Source of the DNA: Cycas panzhihuaensis
Taxonomy: Eukaryota; Plantae; Cycadophyta
Direction: 5' to 3'
Assembly (NCBI GenBank): GCA_023213395.1
Contig: CM041465.1
Span: forward strand, 166,725,741-166,789,740
DNA: 64,000 bases
The translations under genes were made by a program, and so were the position numbers. The stretch's first letter is position 1. Each line of letters begins with the position of its first letter. The notes beneath the pieces were generated by a model. The model saw only the letters and a list, made by a program, of their open reading frames with translations, made no database searches and was not told where the DNA came from. Below are positions 25,604 through 39,924 of the stretch, piece after piece.

Positions 25604-28600
25604 GATCCTGGGAGTTAGTGTAGAAATCTCAATAACCTCAAAACAACAATGAGCCCACGAAAGGAAATTCTACACCAAATCATTTATTCTTGACATTGAT
25701 CCAAAAGTATGAGGAGTAGTACTTTTATTAAACTATGAAAATCTCCATTTAATGGTGGAGAAATCAACTAGCAAAAGAATGGTAAAATTACAAGGAATAA
25801 ATGATACAATTATACCATAAGAGGGACTCCAACCCTCCAAAATGCTTCTCCAAGGATGCTTCCCAAGTCAAGTCTCCAAGAACCACCTCTCCAACCTGTA
25901 GTAGGGCTCAATTTATAGAAAGAAACCAAAATTGCATGTTTAACAAGTGGAAATCATGTGAGTATAACCACTAACCACCAGAATGCATGTTGTCCAAGTG
26001 GCCTTCATGCAATTCTTAAAAAGTTGCAGCTTGTAACTGATCTTAACGGACTCCAATTTGGTACACGTATAGGAACGCATGTCCCCTCCGCTTCCTCAAA
26101 ATTTTAGCTCATTTGGATGTCATTTGGCTTCATTTTTATTCATTTAATGATAATATGTATTTGCTATTTTTCTGCTGTCCAAGTGGCCTTCATGCAATTC
26201 TTAAAAGTTGCGGCTTGTAACTGACCTTAACGGACTCCAATTCAGCTCAAATTTGGTACACGTATAGGAATGCATGTCTCCTCCGCTTCCTCAAAATTTT
26301 AGCTCATTTGGATGTCATTTGGCCGCATTTTTATTCATTTAATAATAATATGTATTTGTTGTTTTTTTCTACTAGCTGTGGGATTAATTTTATGCAAAAC
26401 AAGGCTTGAACTCTAATCAAATGATACTTTTTGAACCCCACCTTTTGTACACATCTAGTGGGATGTGTCTTCTACCTTTACACAAAATTTCATATAATTT
26501 TGATACCATTTGGCCATATCTCTTTCAGTTATGCCAATGCCTAGCATTTTCTCGTGATCCTCAGAACATATGGTAGATCCTCCTGGATCATGGCTCCCCT
26601 TCCTTGGAAAATAGCCAACTCTGCTTGGCTTAGAATTGGAGATGGGGAAGTGTTGTTCTCCATGTTGCCTACTAAACCACTTGGCCTTACTAGGCAATTG
26701 CCTGCTACTCCAATCTCGAAAGATTCATGTGTCTTATGTCTTGTTTTGGTAGATTTTCTCTCCAAGATACAATCTTCCTTGAGAGGCTCCTCACTTTCCA
26801 AATACAAATCATCAATCAAGGTAAAGTGAATCGTCCTGCTCCTCATCTAGCATGGAGGGCTCAAAGAGTTTTAAGTATTCAAAGATTTACTCGAATATAT
26901 TTGCATATAAGGTGGAAGATCAAGTTGGAAAGCATTGCCACCTACTTTTCTCAAAATCTTGAATGGTCCATACCTTATAGGTTTGAGTTTCTTGCCTTCT
27001 CCTTTTAACCTCTCCTTGCTCAAGTATAACCATACTAAATCTCCTTCTTGAAAAGTACACTCTTGCCTATGCTTGTCATGTCTTTCCTTGTACTTTTGTT
27101 GAGTCCTTAGAAGTTGATCATGTACTTCTTTGTGGACTCTCCGATTTTCTCCAAATATCTTAAAGCCTTGTCATGCTCCTCCTTCTTTGATGATCCTTCC
27201 TTAGCTTGCATGGAAAACTCTAAGTCAAATGGACTTTGAGGTAAGTATCCCAAACAAACTTCAAAAGGTGCTTTAGAGTGTGATGCATGCATTGCTCTAT
27301 TAAATGCAAATTGTAGAAAAGCCAATGATTCATCCCAAGTCTTTGGATGCTTGGAATTGTATCCCCTCAATAAATGTACCAAAGTTCTATTCACTACTTC
27401 GGTTTGTCCATCTGTTTGAGGATGGAAACTTGTATTCCTCTTCAATTTGGTATCCATCATCTCCCATAGTGACTTCCAAAATGATGAAAGGAATCGAGTG
27501 TCCCGATCTGAAATGATGGAAGAAGGCAAGCCAAAATTCTTCCATACATGCTCGAAGAATAACTTAGTTGCTCCTGTACCTGTGATTGTCTTCTTACAAG
27601 GTATTAGACATATCATTTTACTGAACCTATCTACAACAACCAAAAGATAATTATGTCCCTTCCTAGTCATGGGAAGTCCCCCTAAGAAATCAATGGAGAT
27701 ACTTTCCCAAGGTCTAGTGGGAATAGGAAGTGGTGTATACAATCCTAATTTTCTAGAAAAAGGCTTAGAAGTATTACACATTACACATCCTTTTACATAT
27801 TTTTTTACATCATTTTGCATTTTTGGCCATACAACATATCTTCTCAAGTTTGCTAAAGTCTTCTCTATACCAAAGTGACCAGCTACTTTAGAAGTATGGG
27901 CTTCACTAAGCCACTTGATCTTGTCTCCTTTTGATGGAACATAGAGTTGCTCCCCTTTGAAAAGTAGACCATCCTTCCAAGCAAGTCGGAAGGTCTTTCT
28001 TTCGCTAGGTTCTCTAATTCTTCCTTCAAAGCTTCATCTTCATGGTACAAGTCTTTGTACTCTTCATGATGCATTGGCTCCACCTGCAAACTCATAAGAG
28101 AACTACAAACAAAAGTAGAAGAAGAAGTGGAACAAGGTGGTCTAGATAACATATTAGCAATTTTGTTATTAGATCCGTTTTTGTACTTAATTACAATATT
28201 GAATTGTTGTAAATAACTCATCCACTTCATGTGTCTTGCTTGCTGTAATTTACTTTGGATTTGTAAAAATTGAAGAGGCTTATGATCAGTATGAACTACA
28301 ACCTCTTTTCGAGTAAGTATGACCTCCAATGCTTGCATGCTTGATGAAGTGCGAACATTTCTCGATCATATGTTGGGTAGTTCTTCACTTGAGGGTGAAG
28401 ACTTCCGAATGGTAAGCAATAGGCTTCCCATCTTGAATAAGGACAGCCCCATCGCATTTCCACTTGCATCGCCTTCTACTTCAAAAGGCCTTTGCAAATT
28501 TGGCATTGCCAAAACCTAAGCTTCACAAATTTTCTTCTTTAAAAGAAGAAAAGCTTCTTCCTCCTTGGAACCCCAAGTAAATTTTTTACTAGATTTTGTC

Positions 28601-29538
28601 AATCCATGTAGAGGTGCTGCAACCTGTGAGAAATGAAGAATAAACTTTCTCAAATATTGACAAGCTCCTAAAAAACTTCTCACCTCTGTGATGTTTGTTG
28701 GCCTAGGCCATTTGAGGATGGCTTGAGTCTTGAGTGGATCGATGCTCAACTTTCCTCTTCCAACCACAAAGCCTAAGAAAATCAAGTTCTCCTTGCCAAA
28801 TTCACACTTCTTCACATTAAGCTTCAAATGATGCTTAGCCATAGTCTTTAAAACTTCTTCTATGTGCTGCAAATGTTCCTCCCATTTGTTGCTGAAAATC
28901 AAAATGTCATCAAGATAGACAACAACAAAATTATCCAAGTAAGGCCTTAACATTTCATTCATTAGCTTTATGAATGTTGCAGGAGCATTACACAATCCGA
29001 AAGTCCTAACCATCCATTCAAAGAGTTCTTGCTTTGTTTTGAAGGCCGTCTTCCATGTGTCCTCCTCCTTGACCCTAACTTGGTGATAACCGCTTTTCAA
29101 ATCCAAATTAGTAAAATAACAAGCATGTTGAATTTGATCAAGCAAATCATCTATGCGAGGCAAAGGGTAGCGATTTTTAATTGTAATTTTATTCAAAGCA
29201 CAAAAGTCTATATACATTCTCCATCCTCCATCCTTCTTAGGTACCAAGACAATTGGTGACCCACAAGGTGAACATGAAGGTCTTATGACCCCTTGATTAA
29301 GCAACTCCTCAACTTGCCTCTTTATCTCATTATTCTCTACAATGGAGTGCCTATACAAAGCAACATTAGGCAATGGTGCATCTCCTACAAGAGTGATTTC
29401 ATGCTCTATCTTTCTCTTTGGTGGTAGCCCATCAACATGTTGAAATAGAATATCATACCTTGTCTTTAACTCCTCAATTTGTTGCATTTGTTTAGGTGAT
29501 ATAAGAAGAGTGTGAGTAGAAGGACCTTCTTCATCTCT
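25545..29538 (-). mobile_element. Ty3/gypsy element F (RT-RNaseH-integrase, divergent chromodomain-like tail, PPT, ~1-kb 3' LTR), 5' half deleted
   Basis: ORFs 28516-29568 (YPLPRIDDL, YLDDIL), 27883-28338, 27107-27847 (FHPQTDGQTEVVN). PPT GGAAGGGGAGCCA (complement of 26591-26603); LTR 25545-26590. Confidence 0.92.
25991..26372. repeat. ~190-bp tandem duplication within the LTR of F
   Basis: TGTCCAAGTGGCCTTCATGC... units start at 25991 and 26176. Confidence 0.9.
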
Positions 29539-30069
29539 GCAGGCAAACTTGCTAAAACTTCCAGGCAAATGGCACTTTGTGTAATCCGTTAAGCTGAAAA
29601 GGAAAATTGTACCAAGATGCCTCCTAAAGCAATAAAATCTCTTTTAGATGCACACTTTGATGTTTTTGCAGAACCTAAGGGACTACTGCCCATACTTGCT
29701 GTGCAACATTCTATTAATCTTGTTACAGGTTCTCCACTTCCCAATTAGACTCCTTATCACACGACTCTGCGCACTCGTGCTGAATTGGAGAGACAGCTGA
29801 CACAGTTGATTGATGAAGGTAAAATTGAACCTAGTTGTTCTTCTTGCGGTTCACTTGCAATTCTCATTCTAAAAAAAAATAAAGAATGGCGTTTGTGTTT
29901 TGATTATCGAGCCTTAAACAAAATCACTTTTAAAAATTGGTATCCATTGCCACGCATTGATGATTTGTTAGATCATTTTAAAAGAGCCAAATATTTTACA
30001 AAAATTGATTTGGCTTTTGGGTACCATCAAGTTCGGGTTGCAGCTCAAGATACATGGAAAACAATATTC

Positions 30070-33000
30070 TGTTGAAAAACAGAGCAAAGACAGAATCTAA
30101 TTTAAACAGAGAAGAGAAGAGTATATGTTTATTGAGATTCAATCTCCTTAAATATACATCAACAATATGACGGTTACAACCTCTAACGTAACCGATCAGC
30201 CTGAGACTGCCAAGTGGCACAATCTTGCATTATGATTACATTTGAGTGTGGTCCTAACATGGGCCTCTTTCTTACTTAGATAAAACATTACATCTCAACA
30301 CCCCCTCTTAATGTTTTATCTCTAATAATGTTATTTTGTCTCTTAAATATTTGAGCCTAATGTTTTATCTCTAATAATCTTATTTTGTCTCTTAAATATT
30401 TGAGCCTTTCTCTTCTAAGAGGCTTTGTCAGAAGATCTGCAACTTGTTCGACTGTGGGACAATATTCCAAGTCAATTTCTTTATTATGTACCTTTTCTCT
30501 TATGAAATGATGATGAACTTCAATATGCTTTGTTCTTGCATGTAGAATTTGATTTTTGGTAAGCTTGATGGCACTTTGATTGTCGCATTTCAAGGAGGTT
30601 GCCCTTTTTTGCTGTTGATCCAAGTCAAGTAAAAGTTGTCTTAGCCAGATAGTTTCACAGGTTGCTAACGTAGTTGCTTTGTATTCTACTTTTGTAGAAG
30701 AGAGAGCAACTGTAGCTTGTTTCTTACTACACCATGAGATTGCTGAAGACCCTAAGAAAAAGCAATATCCACTGGTGGATTTCCTTTGTTCTTTGTCACA
30801 GGCCCAATCAGAGTCGCAGTACCCTGATATTTTGATTGGGTATCCTTTTAAGTATACTAACTCGAGATCTGTTGTTCCTTTAAGATATCTCAAAACTCTT
30901 TTTGCGGCCTGCCAATGTCTCAACTTTGGATTTTGCATGTATCTGGATATTAGTCCTACTGAGTAGGATATGTCAGGCCTGGTGGTTGTCAGATAAATCA
31001 GACTTCCAATCATTTGTCTATACAAGGTGGCATCTACATCCTTTTCCATACTATCTGCTGTTAAGTCATAATTTGTTTCCATGGGCATTGTACATGGATT
31101 GCAGTTCTCCATCTGAAATCGAACAAGCAAATTTTTGATGTAGTTACTTTGGGACAAGGTTATATAGTTTTGATGTTGACCTACCTCCAATCCCAAGTAG
31201 TAATTTAGTGGACCCAAGTTTGTCATTTCAAATTTCAATAAGTTGACTCTTGATGTCTCTAATTCCTTCTTCATCATTTCGAAGAAGCATATCATCAACA
31301 TAGACAACAATTATTGTTATCTTGTTGTTTGTTTTCCTTATGTAGAGACTGGAGTCGGAGTTGCATCGATTGAACTTATTTTCTTCAAGAAATTGATCTA
31401 ATTTGGCATACCAGGCTTGTGGGGCTTGTTTTAGACCATACAGAGCCTTTTTTAATCTGCAAACCAGATTCTCCTATCCTTGTTCAGCATATCCTTCCGG
31501 TTGTTGCATGTAGACTTCTTCTTCTAGTTCACCATTTAAGAAGGCGCTTTTTACATTTAGCTGGGAGATTTTCCAATTTTGTGTTGCAGCCAAGCCTATT
31601 ATCGTTTTACAGTTGTTCATCTTTACTCGAGAAAAAGTCTCATCAAAATCTACACTGTGCTTGTGTGTACCCTTTTGCGACTAACCTTGCTTTGTACTTT
31701 TCTATCTTACCATCCATTCCCCTTTTTGTTTTGTAAACCTATTTGCAGCTTACAGTAGATCCTATCGACAGGCAGTTCTACTAATTCCCATGTCTGATTC
31801 TTCTTGACTGAGTTCATTTCATTGTCCATTGCCACTTTCCATTCTTGACGATCTTTTGCTTCTTGAAAGTTCTGAGGTTCGACTTTGCTTAGAAGAGCTC
31901 TTGACCTTTGCCCTCGTGTTTTCTGTTCTATTACATTACTTTTCCCTTCTTCAATTGTTTTAATATACCATTTTGGCAACTTTTTCTGTTTTCGTGAGTC
32001 TTCCTTCTCGATGGTGTCTTCTGATACTTGACTGGTTTCACTTGATGATGGATCAGCTTGTCCTTCTTCTGAAGTGATTTCGGAATCATTTTCTTCCTCA
32101 GCTTCTTGTGCTTCTGAGGTAATTTCTGACTTATTCTCTTGCTCATCTTCATGTGTCTCTTCGTGTCTGACAGCTTCCTGTTCAATTTCCTTCTCACCTT
32201 TTATTATTCTAATTTGTGAAAATTCAATAGAATTTTCTTCATTAAAGACGACATCTCTGCTTACATAGATTTTGTTAGTTTTGGGATCTATGCATTTGTA
32301 GGCTTTTGAATTTTTACTGTAGCCAATCAAAATGCATTCTATGCTTTTTGCATCCAATTTGGACATTTTTTTATCAGGAATATGCACAAATGCTTGACTA
32401 CCAAAAACTTTTAGAAGACTTACATCGGGTTTTTGTCCTGTCCAAGCTTCTTCTGGGGTGACATCCTTCAATGCTTTTGTGAGGCTTCTATTTATTAGGC
32501 AACATGCCGTGCTTACTGCCTCTGCCCAATATGACTTTGATATCTTTGTTCCATACATCATGCTTCGAGCCATTTCCATTAGAGTTCTATTCTTTCTTTC
32601 GGCCACTCCATTCGACTGAGGAGTATAAGGAGTTGTAATCTGTCTACGAATTCTTCGATCCCTGCAATAATTTAGAAACTCCTTTGATATATATTCTCCT
32701 CTTCCATCTGACCTGATGCATTTAATTTTCATTCCTGACTCTAGTTCTGCTTCTGCTTTAAATTCTTTGAATGTTTCAAAAACTTCTGACTTATTATGCA
32801 GGAAATATACCCATACTTTCCGAGTGAAATCATCAATGAAAGTTAAAAAGTATCTACATCCATTAATTGTGAGAGGTGTAATTGGACCACAAATATCTAT
32901 ATGTATCAATTCTAATTTTGACTGAGCTCTCCAAGTGCTTTCTTTAAAAGGAAGTCTATGCTGTTTGCCTAGTTGACAACCTTTACAAACAAATTTATCT

Positions 33001-35371
33001 AATGAAATGCTAGGTAGGCCATTTACGATTCCTGATTTTTCCATTAGTTTAAGTGTGTCAATTGAGAGATGCCCATACCTCAAATGCCAAGCTTTATTAT
33101 TAGATTTAGAAGCAAGATGCTTTTTCTTCCAAGTAAGGAAGTACAAGATCCGACAAGAGTTTGTAAAGATCATTACATCCGACTCCTTTTGCAGCTTTTC
33201 CCACCTCTCTTCATATCTAGAATATGACAATTTCCTTCTTCATCGAAAATGGTTCTCAATCCTTTTTTACTTAATTGAGAGACAGAGAGGAGATTCATTT
33301 TTAGATCTGGGACAAACAAAACATTTCTGACCTTTTTTTCATTCCCATCCAGATTTACAGAGATAGTTCCAATCCCTTTTATATTAAGGGAATACTTGTC
33401 ACCCGCTTCACCGATTTGTCTATATTGCAGGGTTTCATGGTTTCAAACCATTCTTCTCGACTTGTCATATGTTTGGAAGCTCCTGAATCTATATACCATA
33501 TGTATTTGTCTTTCATACCGGTAACCAATGCTGTGATGAAGGCCGTCTCTTCTTCCTCCTCTTCATCCTTTTCTTTGCTGTAGCCTCCAATAGGTCGTTT
33601 TCCTTTCTGAATTTCATTTCGTCTCTGTGGACACTGATATGGATAGTGTCCACTTTGTCTGTAATAGCAGTATATATCAAAGATTTTACAACTGCTGGCG
33701 AAATGTCCGGTTTTTCCACAGTTGTAATGCACTGCTTTCTCCGCCCCCTGCCCCTCCTGAGTTTTGCCGTCCTCGTCCCTTGAAATCTGATGTTCCGCTT
33801 TGTCCTCGAAATTGATGTCTTCCTCTTGGCCCGAGATTTAGTCTGGATGCAAATGCAGCCTCTAATTCTGTAGTGTTTTCATATCTTTTGTTTCTCTGTT
33901 CTTGTCTTAGTAACAAACCTGTCAATTCATCAAGGGTTAATTTGTCTAACCTATGACTGTCTGTGATAGTGTTGACGATTGTGTCAAACGATTTTGGCAA
34001 TCTTGCAGTCACAATTTCCACTAGGTCTTGTTCAGAAATTAGACCTCCGGCACTTAAGAGATTATTTCTGATAGTAATAATCTTATGCATAAATTCTTCT
34101 ACGTCTTCATTTTTTTTCATGTGAAGTTTGTACAATTCTTCTTGAAGTGCAATTATTCTTGCCTTATTCTTTTGTCCATACAGATTTTCCAAACATTTCC
34201 AAATTTTAGATGCCAGATTCAATTTTTCAACATAAATCAAGACTGAATCGGAAATTGACATTTTCAAAGTGAGACTGGCTATATTATTTCTTTCCACCCA
34301 GTTTCCTAGCTTAGCATCACCATCTGGAGGACGTTTCTCTGTTCCTTCAAAGAATGTCCTGCATTTTTCACCCTTAAAATGGTTTCTATCTTAATTTTTC
34401 ACACATGATAGTTGGAACCAGTTAATGTTTCTAGTTCAGGCAGAGAAATGAGAGTGGAGGACATTATTCTTAAGGTCAAAGGATGAAATTTGAAGTCTGT
34501 CTGTATAGATGTACGGAATTCCGTACGGAACCCTAAGTGTACGGCCGGAGGAAAAATGTACCTCAAATTCAAGGTTTCTCAGTTGCCTACTTAGATCTGA
34601 AGGCGGATTTGCAAAAAACTTTCTGAAAAGAGAGAAAACTGCTTCGAAAGAAAAAACGGCGGCTAGGGTAGAAAGTTGATTTTTGAAGAAATTACTGAAA
34701 TAATCTTTTAGAAAAAATTTTCGAATCTGGATGGAAACTCAAGATATTATCACTGAGAAGGATTTATGACTGGAAGTACCCGATATTATGAGCAAATCGA
34801 AAAGATTTTTGAGAAAGAACCTCCAAAACCGCCCGGACTGGTTCGGGCTCTGTTTGGCCTGCAAAACGACCTCAAATGACTCGGCTCCAGAAGAGAAATG
34901 TGTTTAGCGTGTTCCGATCTAGCTCCCCACCAAATTTCGCTTCGATCCAACACTTTGAAAAAATCGCGTCCGTACACGGCCGTACAGTTTCGTACGGTTA
35001 TGTACACCAGAGTAATAATGACCTTTAATCGATACAGAAACCCTAACTGCCTTGTCTGCTTCTTACACCCTTGATTGAATTGTCTTGACAGAAGAAATCA
35101 TTTCAAAAAGATCGCTTTAGATCGACCGCTCGATACCATGTTGAAAAACAGAGCAAAGACAGAATATAATTTAAACAGAGAAGAGAAGAGTATATATTTA
35201 TTGAGATTCAATCTCTCCTTAAATATACATCAACAATATGATGGTTACAACCTCTAACGTAACCGATCAGCCTGAGACTGCCAAGTGGCACAATCTTGCA
35301 TTATGATTACATTTGAGGGTGGTCCTAACATGACCCCCTTTCTTACTTAGATAAAACATTACATCTCAACA
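30070..35371 (-). mobile_element. Full-length Ty1/copia element G (youngest in window), inserted in RT of E
   Basis: LTRs 30070-30300 and 35139-35371 (7 substitutions + one 2-bp indel by eye); perfect TSD TATTC; PBS TGGTATCGAGC (35128-35138, -); PPT complement CCCCCTCTT 30301-30309. Confidence 0.97.
30357..34464 (-). pseudogene. gag-pol polyprotein of G (gag, two CCHC knuckles, PR, integrase, RT, RNaseH), split by several frameshifts
   Basis: ORFs 33686-34297, 33379-33732 (WYIDSGASKHM), 31707-33230 (HIDICGP, TPQSNGVAERKNR), 30357-31310 (YCDSDWA, HARTKHIEV). Confidence 0.95.
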
Positions 35372-37468
35372 TATTCAAGAGTCAAAATGGTCTTTATGAG
35401 TGGTTAGTCATGCCCTTCGGTTTGACTAATGCTCCTGCTACTTTTATGCGATTCATCAATGATATTTTTCGCCCTCGTTTAGGTAAATTTATCATTGACT
35501 ATCTTGATGATATCTTGGTCTCCAACAATAATTTGGACGAACATCTGCAACAAGTAAATACTGTCATGGCTTTGTTATGACAACATCACTTCAAAGCCAA
35601 ATTTAAAAAATGTTTCTTCGCATAGGACTCTATCTCTTATCTGGGATTGATTGTTGACAAGGACGACATCCATGTTGATCCAGATAAGGTCCAAATAATT
35701 CAGCAATGGCCAATTCCTACTTTAACTAAACTCAAAAGTTTTCTTGGTTCCGTCAACTTTTATAGAAAATTCATCTCTCACTTTTCTAGCATTGCCCATC
35801 CTCTTAACATTCTTACCAAAAATTCCACAAGTTTTATCTGGAACTCCTTTGTTAAATCAACTTTTTAAAAAGTCAAGATTGCCCTTTGTACTGCACTTGT
35901 TCTTCATCTTCCCGATCTCTTCTCAACCCTTTGAACTAGAGACTGATGCTTCCTAATTTGCCCTTGGCGTCGTTCTTAAGCAGGGAGGACATTCTATTGC
36001 TTATCATTCTGAAACCTTCTCCCAAGCCCAATTAATTACAACACTTATGATAAAGAATTTTATGCCCTTGTCCAAGCCCCGTGTCATTAGAGACACTTTC
36101 TTCTTGGCAACGAAACCATTGTTCATACTGATCAGCAGCCACTATAATTTCTTAACTCAGAATCCAAAATCCAAAAATATAGATATCTTAAATGGGCTTT
36201 TTATATTCAACAATTCCAACTAGTCATTAAATACAAAAAAGGAGCTTTTAACAAGGTCGTTGATTTCCTTAGTCGACCTCCCACCTTATCTTTAGCCACC
36301 TTCCTCACCACCACACTCAATCAATATTCTGAATGGTAACACTTGCTTCCTTCTGATCTCCACTGTGGTCCTATCCTTACTGCATTGTCTCAACCTACAC
36401 AATCCAATCTTGAACTTTTCTTGGATTATCATCTCAAAGATGGACTCCTGTACAAAATGAATCGTCTGTGTGTTCCAGTGGGCACTCTGTGATAACAAAT
36501 ACTTAAAGAGGTTCATTTTTCAACTTGTGGCGGACACTTTGGAATGCATAAAACTCTTCAACATCTTCAATGATATTTTTATTGGCCTTTTATGCCAAAG
36601 ACAATTACAGATTATGTACGACGTTGCTCTCTCTGCAGTCAGTCCAAACCATCTAATCGTAAACTTGGACTTTATCAACCACTTCCCGTTCCCAACTGAC
36701 CTTGGGAATCTATTTTGATGGACTTCGTTAGCGGGCTTCCCACAACTCAGCATGGTCACGACTGCATATTTGTCATTATTTGTCGGTTCTCCAAAATGGC
36801 AATTTTTATTCCTTGCACCAAGAACATCTCTGCTTCTCACGCTGCAAACTTATTTTTTAAGCATGTTTGGATTCATTATGGACTTCCTCTTTTTATAATT
36901 TTTGACAAGGACAGTCGATTTCTCAGTTACTTTTGGGAATCTCTATGGAAGATGCTTGGTTGTCAACTTAAGTATTCAACATTATTTCATCCTCAGACGG
37001 ATGGACAAACAGAAGTGGTTAATCGCACCCTAGTACATGCACTTCGCATTTACCAACATAGCAAGAAACAACGGGACACACATCTTCATCATATCTAGCA
37101 GAACTATAATCGAGCATCTCACATTTCTCTTAGATGATCTCCTTTTGAAGTTTGTTATGGATATCAACAACTTGCTCCTTATGAACTGTCGCTGGTTGTA
37201 CCTTCTTCTGTAACAGGGCATGAACAAAAGGAACAACAAAAAGTTGTTTCTTTTATTGATCACATGACCAGGTTACACTCCAAGATCAGTCAGATCAAAC
37301 ACAAATCAAATATAAATCAGCTCAAGATCAGCATCGTTCTGCAGGTTCTTTTCAAATTGGCAATAAAGTTTGGCTCCACCTTGATTGTAAAAGGTTTAAG
37401 CATCACCACAAGTTTAAACCTATTTGGTTTGGTCCATATACTATCCTTCAGCAATAGGACCGAATGTA

Positions 37469-39127
37469 TTTTGCCAACGACCTTGTGATGAGATACGAGC
37501 TTTTGAAGTTCTTCCTCTACTTTTGCTTCAGCCTTTGGATCCCAAGTTTAGTCTAGAGGCAAATGCATCCTCTAGTTCTCCTGCATCCTCATATTTTTTG
37601 TTCCTTTGCTCCTATCTTAGAAACAATCTTGTCAGTGTATCCAAGGTCATTGTAGCTATTTGATCAGTGTTGGTGGTATTTATGGTCACATCAAATGATT
37701 TGGGCAATTTGTTGGCCACCATTTCCACTAGTTCTTGATTTGTAATTGGAGCACCCACACTAGAAAGATCATTCCTTAGTGTAATTACTTTATGCATAAA
37801 ATTAGTGATAGATTCAGACTCTTTCATGTGGGGTTTGAATAATTGTTCTTTTAAGGCTATTATTTTGGCCTTATTTTTTTGCCCATACAAGTTCTCAAGG
37901 CATTTCCAAATGCTTGTAGTGGAAGACAGATTCTCAACATATATGAGAAGGGGATTTGATATTGGAAGTTTCAGTATTATAACCCCTGCACTATCCTTTT
38001 CTTCCCAGCTGGTTAAAGCAGTCTCAACATCCTTAGGTTTGGCTTCAGTTCCTATTGCCATTTTCCAAGCATTTTTTGCTCTCAGTAGAGTCTCTATTTT
38101 TATTTTCCAAATATGATAGTTGGTGTTAGTGAGCTTGTAACCATTAGGCAGAGCTAAGATAGATGAGGCCATCTTGAAATGAAGAATAGAGTTTTGGAAG
38201 CCCTAGACCGTACAACTATACAGAATTCCGTACGGTACTTGACTTGTACGAATGGAAGGAAAAAATACCTCAAATCGAAGGTCTCGATTAGGCGAGTACG
38301 GATCTACAATTTTTTTTCTGAGAACAGGTCTTGAAATGCGAGAAAATAGGCCTGAAAAAGAGGACAGGCGGCTAGGGTTTTTGCACAAAAATGCTCCAAA
38401 TGGGAAATATCTCAAAAATTCTTCGAAACTTGCTAAAAAATGATCGATTATACTCTACAGGGGATTTAAGATGTATTTTGAGCAAGAAACAGAGAAATTT
38501 TTTGAAGAAATTTGGAACCTTCTCCTCAAACCCGCGCACTGGCTAAAGTTGAAAAAAGAGCCTTGAATTGCCTTTAGATGACTTTGATGCAAAAGGAAAA
38601 ATCAAAGAGGAAGTCGAGATCTATAATCTAGCCAAGTTTCATTGCATTCTGAGAACTTGAAATTTTTTCGTTCGTACGACTGCATTGTTCCATACACAAA
38701 GTCCGTACGGCTTCAACAGATGCTTGCTTTTAATCTTCTTCTGTCTTCCCATCTTGATTATCTTTCTTCAAGTCACTTTCAACCTTCTTACTTCTTCGAA
38801 CTGCGTTGAGTCACTTTCCTTTTTTCTTTACAGCTTGTCCTGATTGAAGCTATACTCGTCTTCTTCTCACAGTTTCAAATAAACCCTCTCTCAATCAGGC
38901 AGAGTAACCTCATCTGATACCATGTTAGATTGACTGTAGAATGATGAGTGAATGATGCTTGAATGAATGTTATTGAGAGTTCAAGAGATTAAATACATTT
39001 AGGGTTTGTAACTCCCCTTGAACTACCATGTAACTGAAACATCACATTGTGACACATGTCCTTCGGTTACGAGATATATACATGGAATTTTACCTAAGGA
39101 CTATAGATAAAATATTACATCCCAACA
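37469..39127 (-). mobile_element. Ty1/copia element H (5' LTR, PBS, leader, gag), 3'-truncated; same lineage as G and K
   Basis: LTR 38923-39127 (TGTTAG..CCAACA); PBS complement TCTGATACCA 38913-38922; gag ORF 37612-38172 MASSILALPNGYKLTNTNYHIWKIKIETLLR. Confidence 0.88.
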
Positions 39128-39850
39128 GAGATAATGGGTGCTTATGAAATATTGAGATGTATCTAACAAGCAAAAAAATTCAAGAGAAATGGTGCTAAAT
39201 TAAAAAAAGAAATCTCAATTTTTTCATGGTGACGTGCACTCCTTTGGTGACATTTGTGGAGTCTTCTACCCATAACAAACTAGATTGAACTTCAATATCT
39301 CAAACAATAGCAGTATGGATCCCTCTAAAATTTAGAGATGAACCCAACAAACATATACACGTCATAAATTTATTCATGAATAGAAGAAACTCTGTGAAAT
39401 GGTGTAGTAATCATCAAACCAGTTTTTTAGTTGCAATCTCTTTAGCAATTCATCTCCTTCAATTAATCAACAACGTTTTTAGCAAAACATCTTCCTCATC
39501 AAATCAACGTCATCTTCACTTTCTTCAAATCTCTCTAGCAATAACAATCACCAACACTATTCTCTTCGACAATGCAACAACACAATAGGACAACAACCCC
39601 ACACTCCTCACTCTCACTCAAACCAATGCTCTGATACCATGAAGAAAGAGAGAGAGAGCAGATGTACATATGAACTAAAAATTGAGAAATATCAATTGAA
39701 TTAAAAACTTAGTATGTACACACATTTATATGAATTGTTGGCTATTGTTTGATGCAACGAACATACACCGAACTTTTAACTAAACTACTTGAATGTGCAT
39801 TATTCTAACCTAGAATTAAATAACCATTCATATAAATCTCTGAGAATTCA
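39128..39850 (-). mobile_element. LTR element I remnant (5' LTR 39640-39850, PBS, leader), host of H
   Basis: GCTCTGATACCA 39628-39639 (tRNA-Met PBS complement) next to a TGAA...TTCA segment. Confidence 0.7.
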
Positions 39851-39924
39851 CATATGTGAACACTAACAAAAACAATACTAACTATTGCATAATACAATTA
39901 GTCATTGAGGTTCAGCTGTTTTGT

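Larger units (their letters stand above)
23860..37470 (+). mobile_element. Ty3/gypsy element E (5' LTR, PBS, gag, RT-RNaseH-integrase), hosting F and G; 3' end deleted
   Basis: LTR ~23860-24165; PBS TGGTATCAGGGC 24168; gag IPLFEGTMN..ALTWWQS (~25070-25411); RT 29540-30069 resuming at 35372 (KTIF|KSQNGLYEWLVMPFG, YLDDIL); integrase MDFVSGLP..FHPQTDGQTEVVN. Confidence 0.9.
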
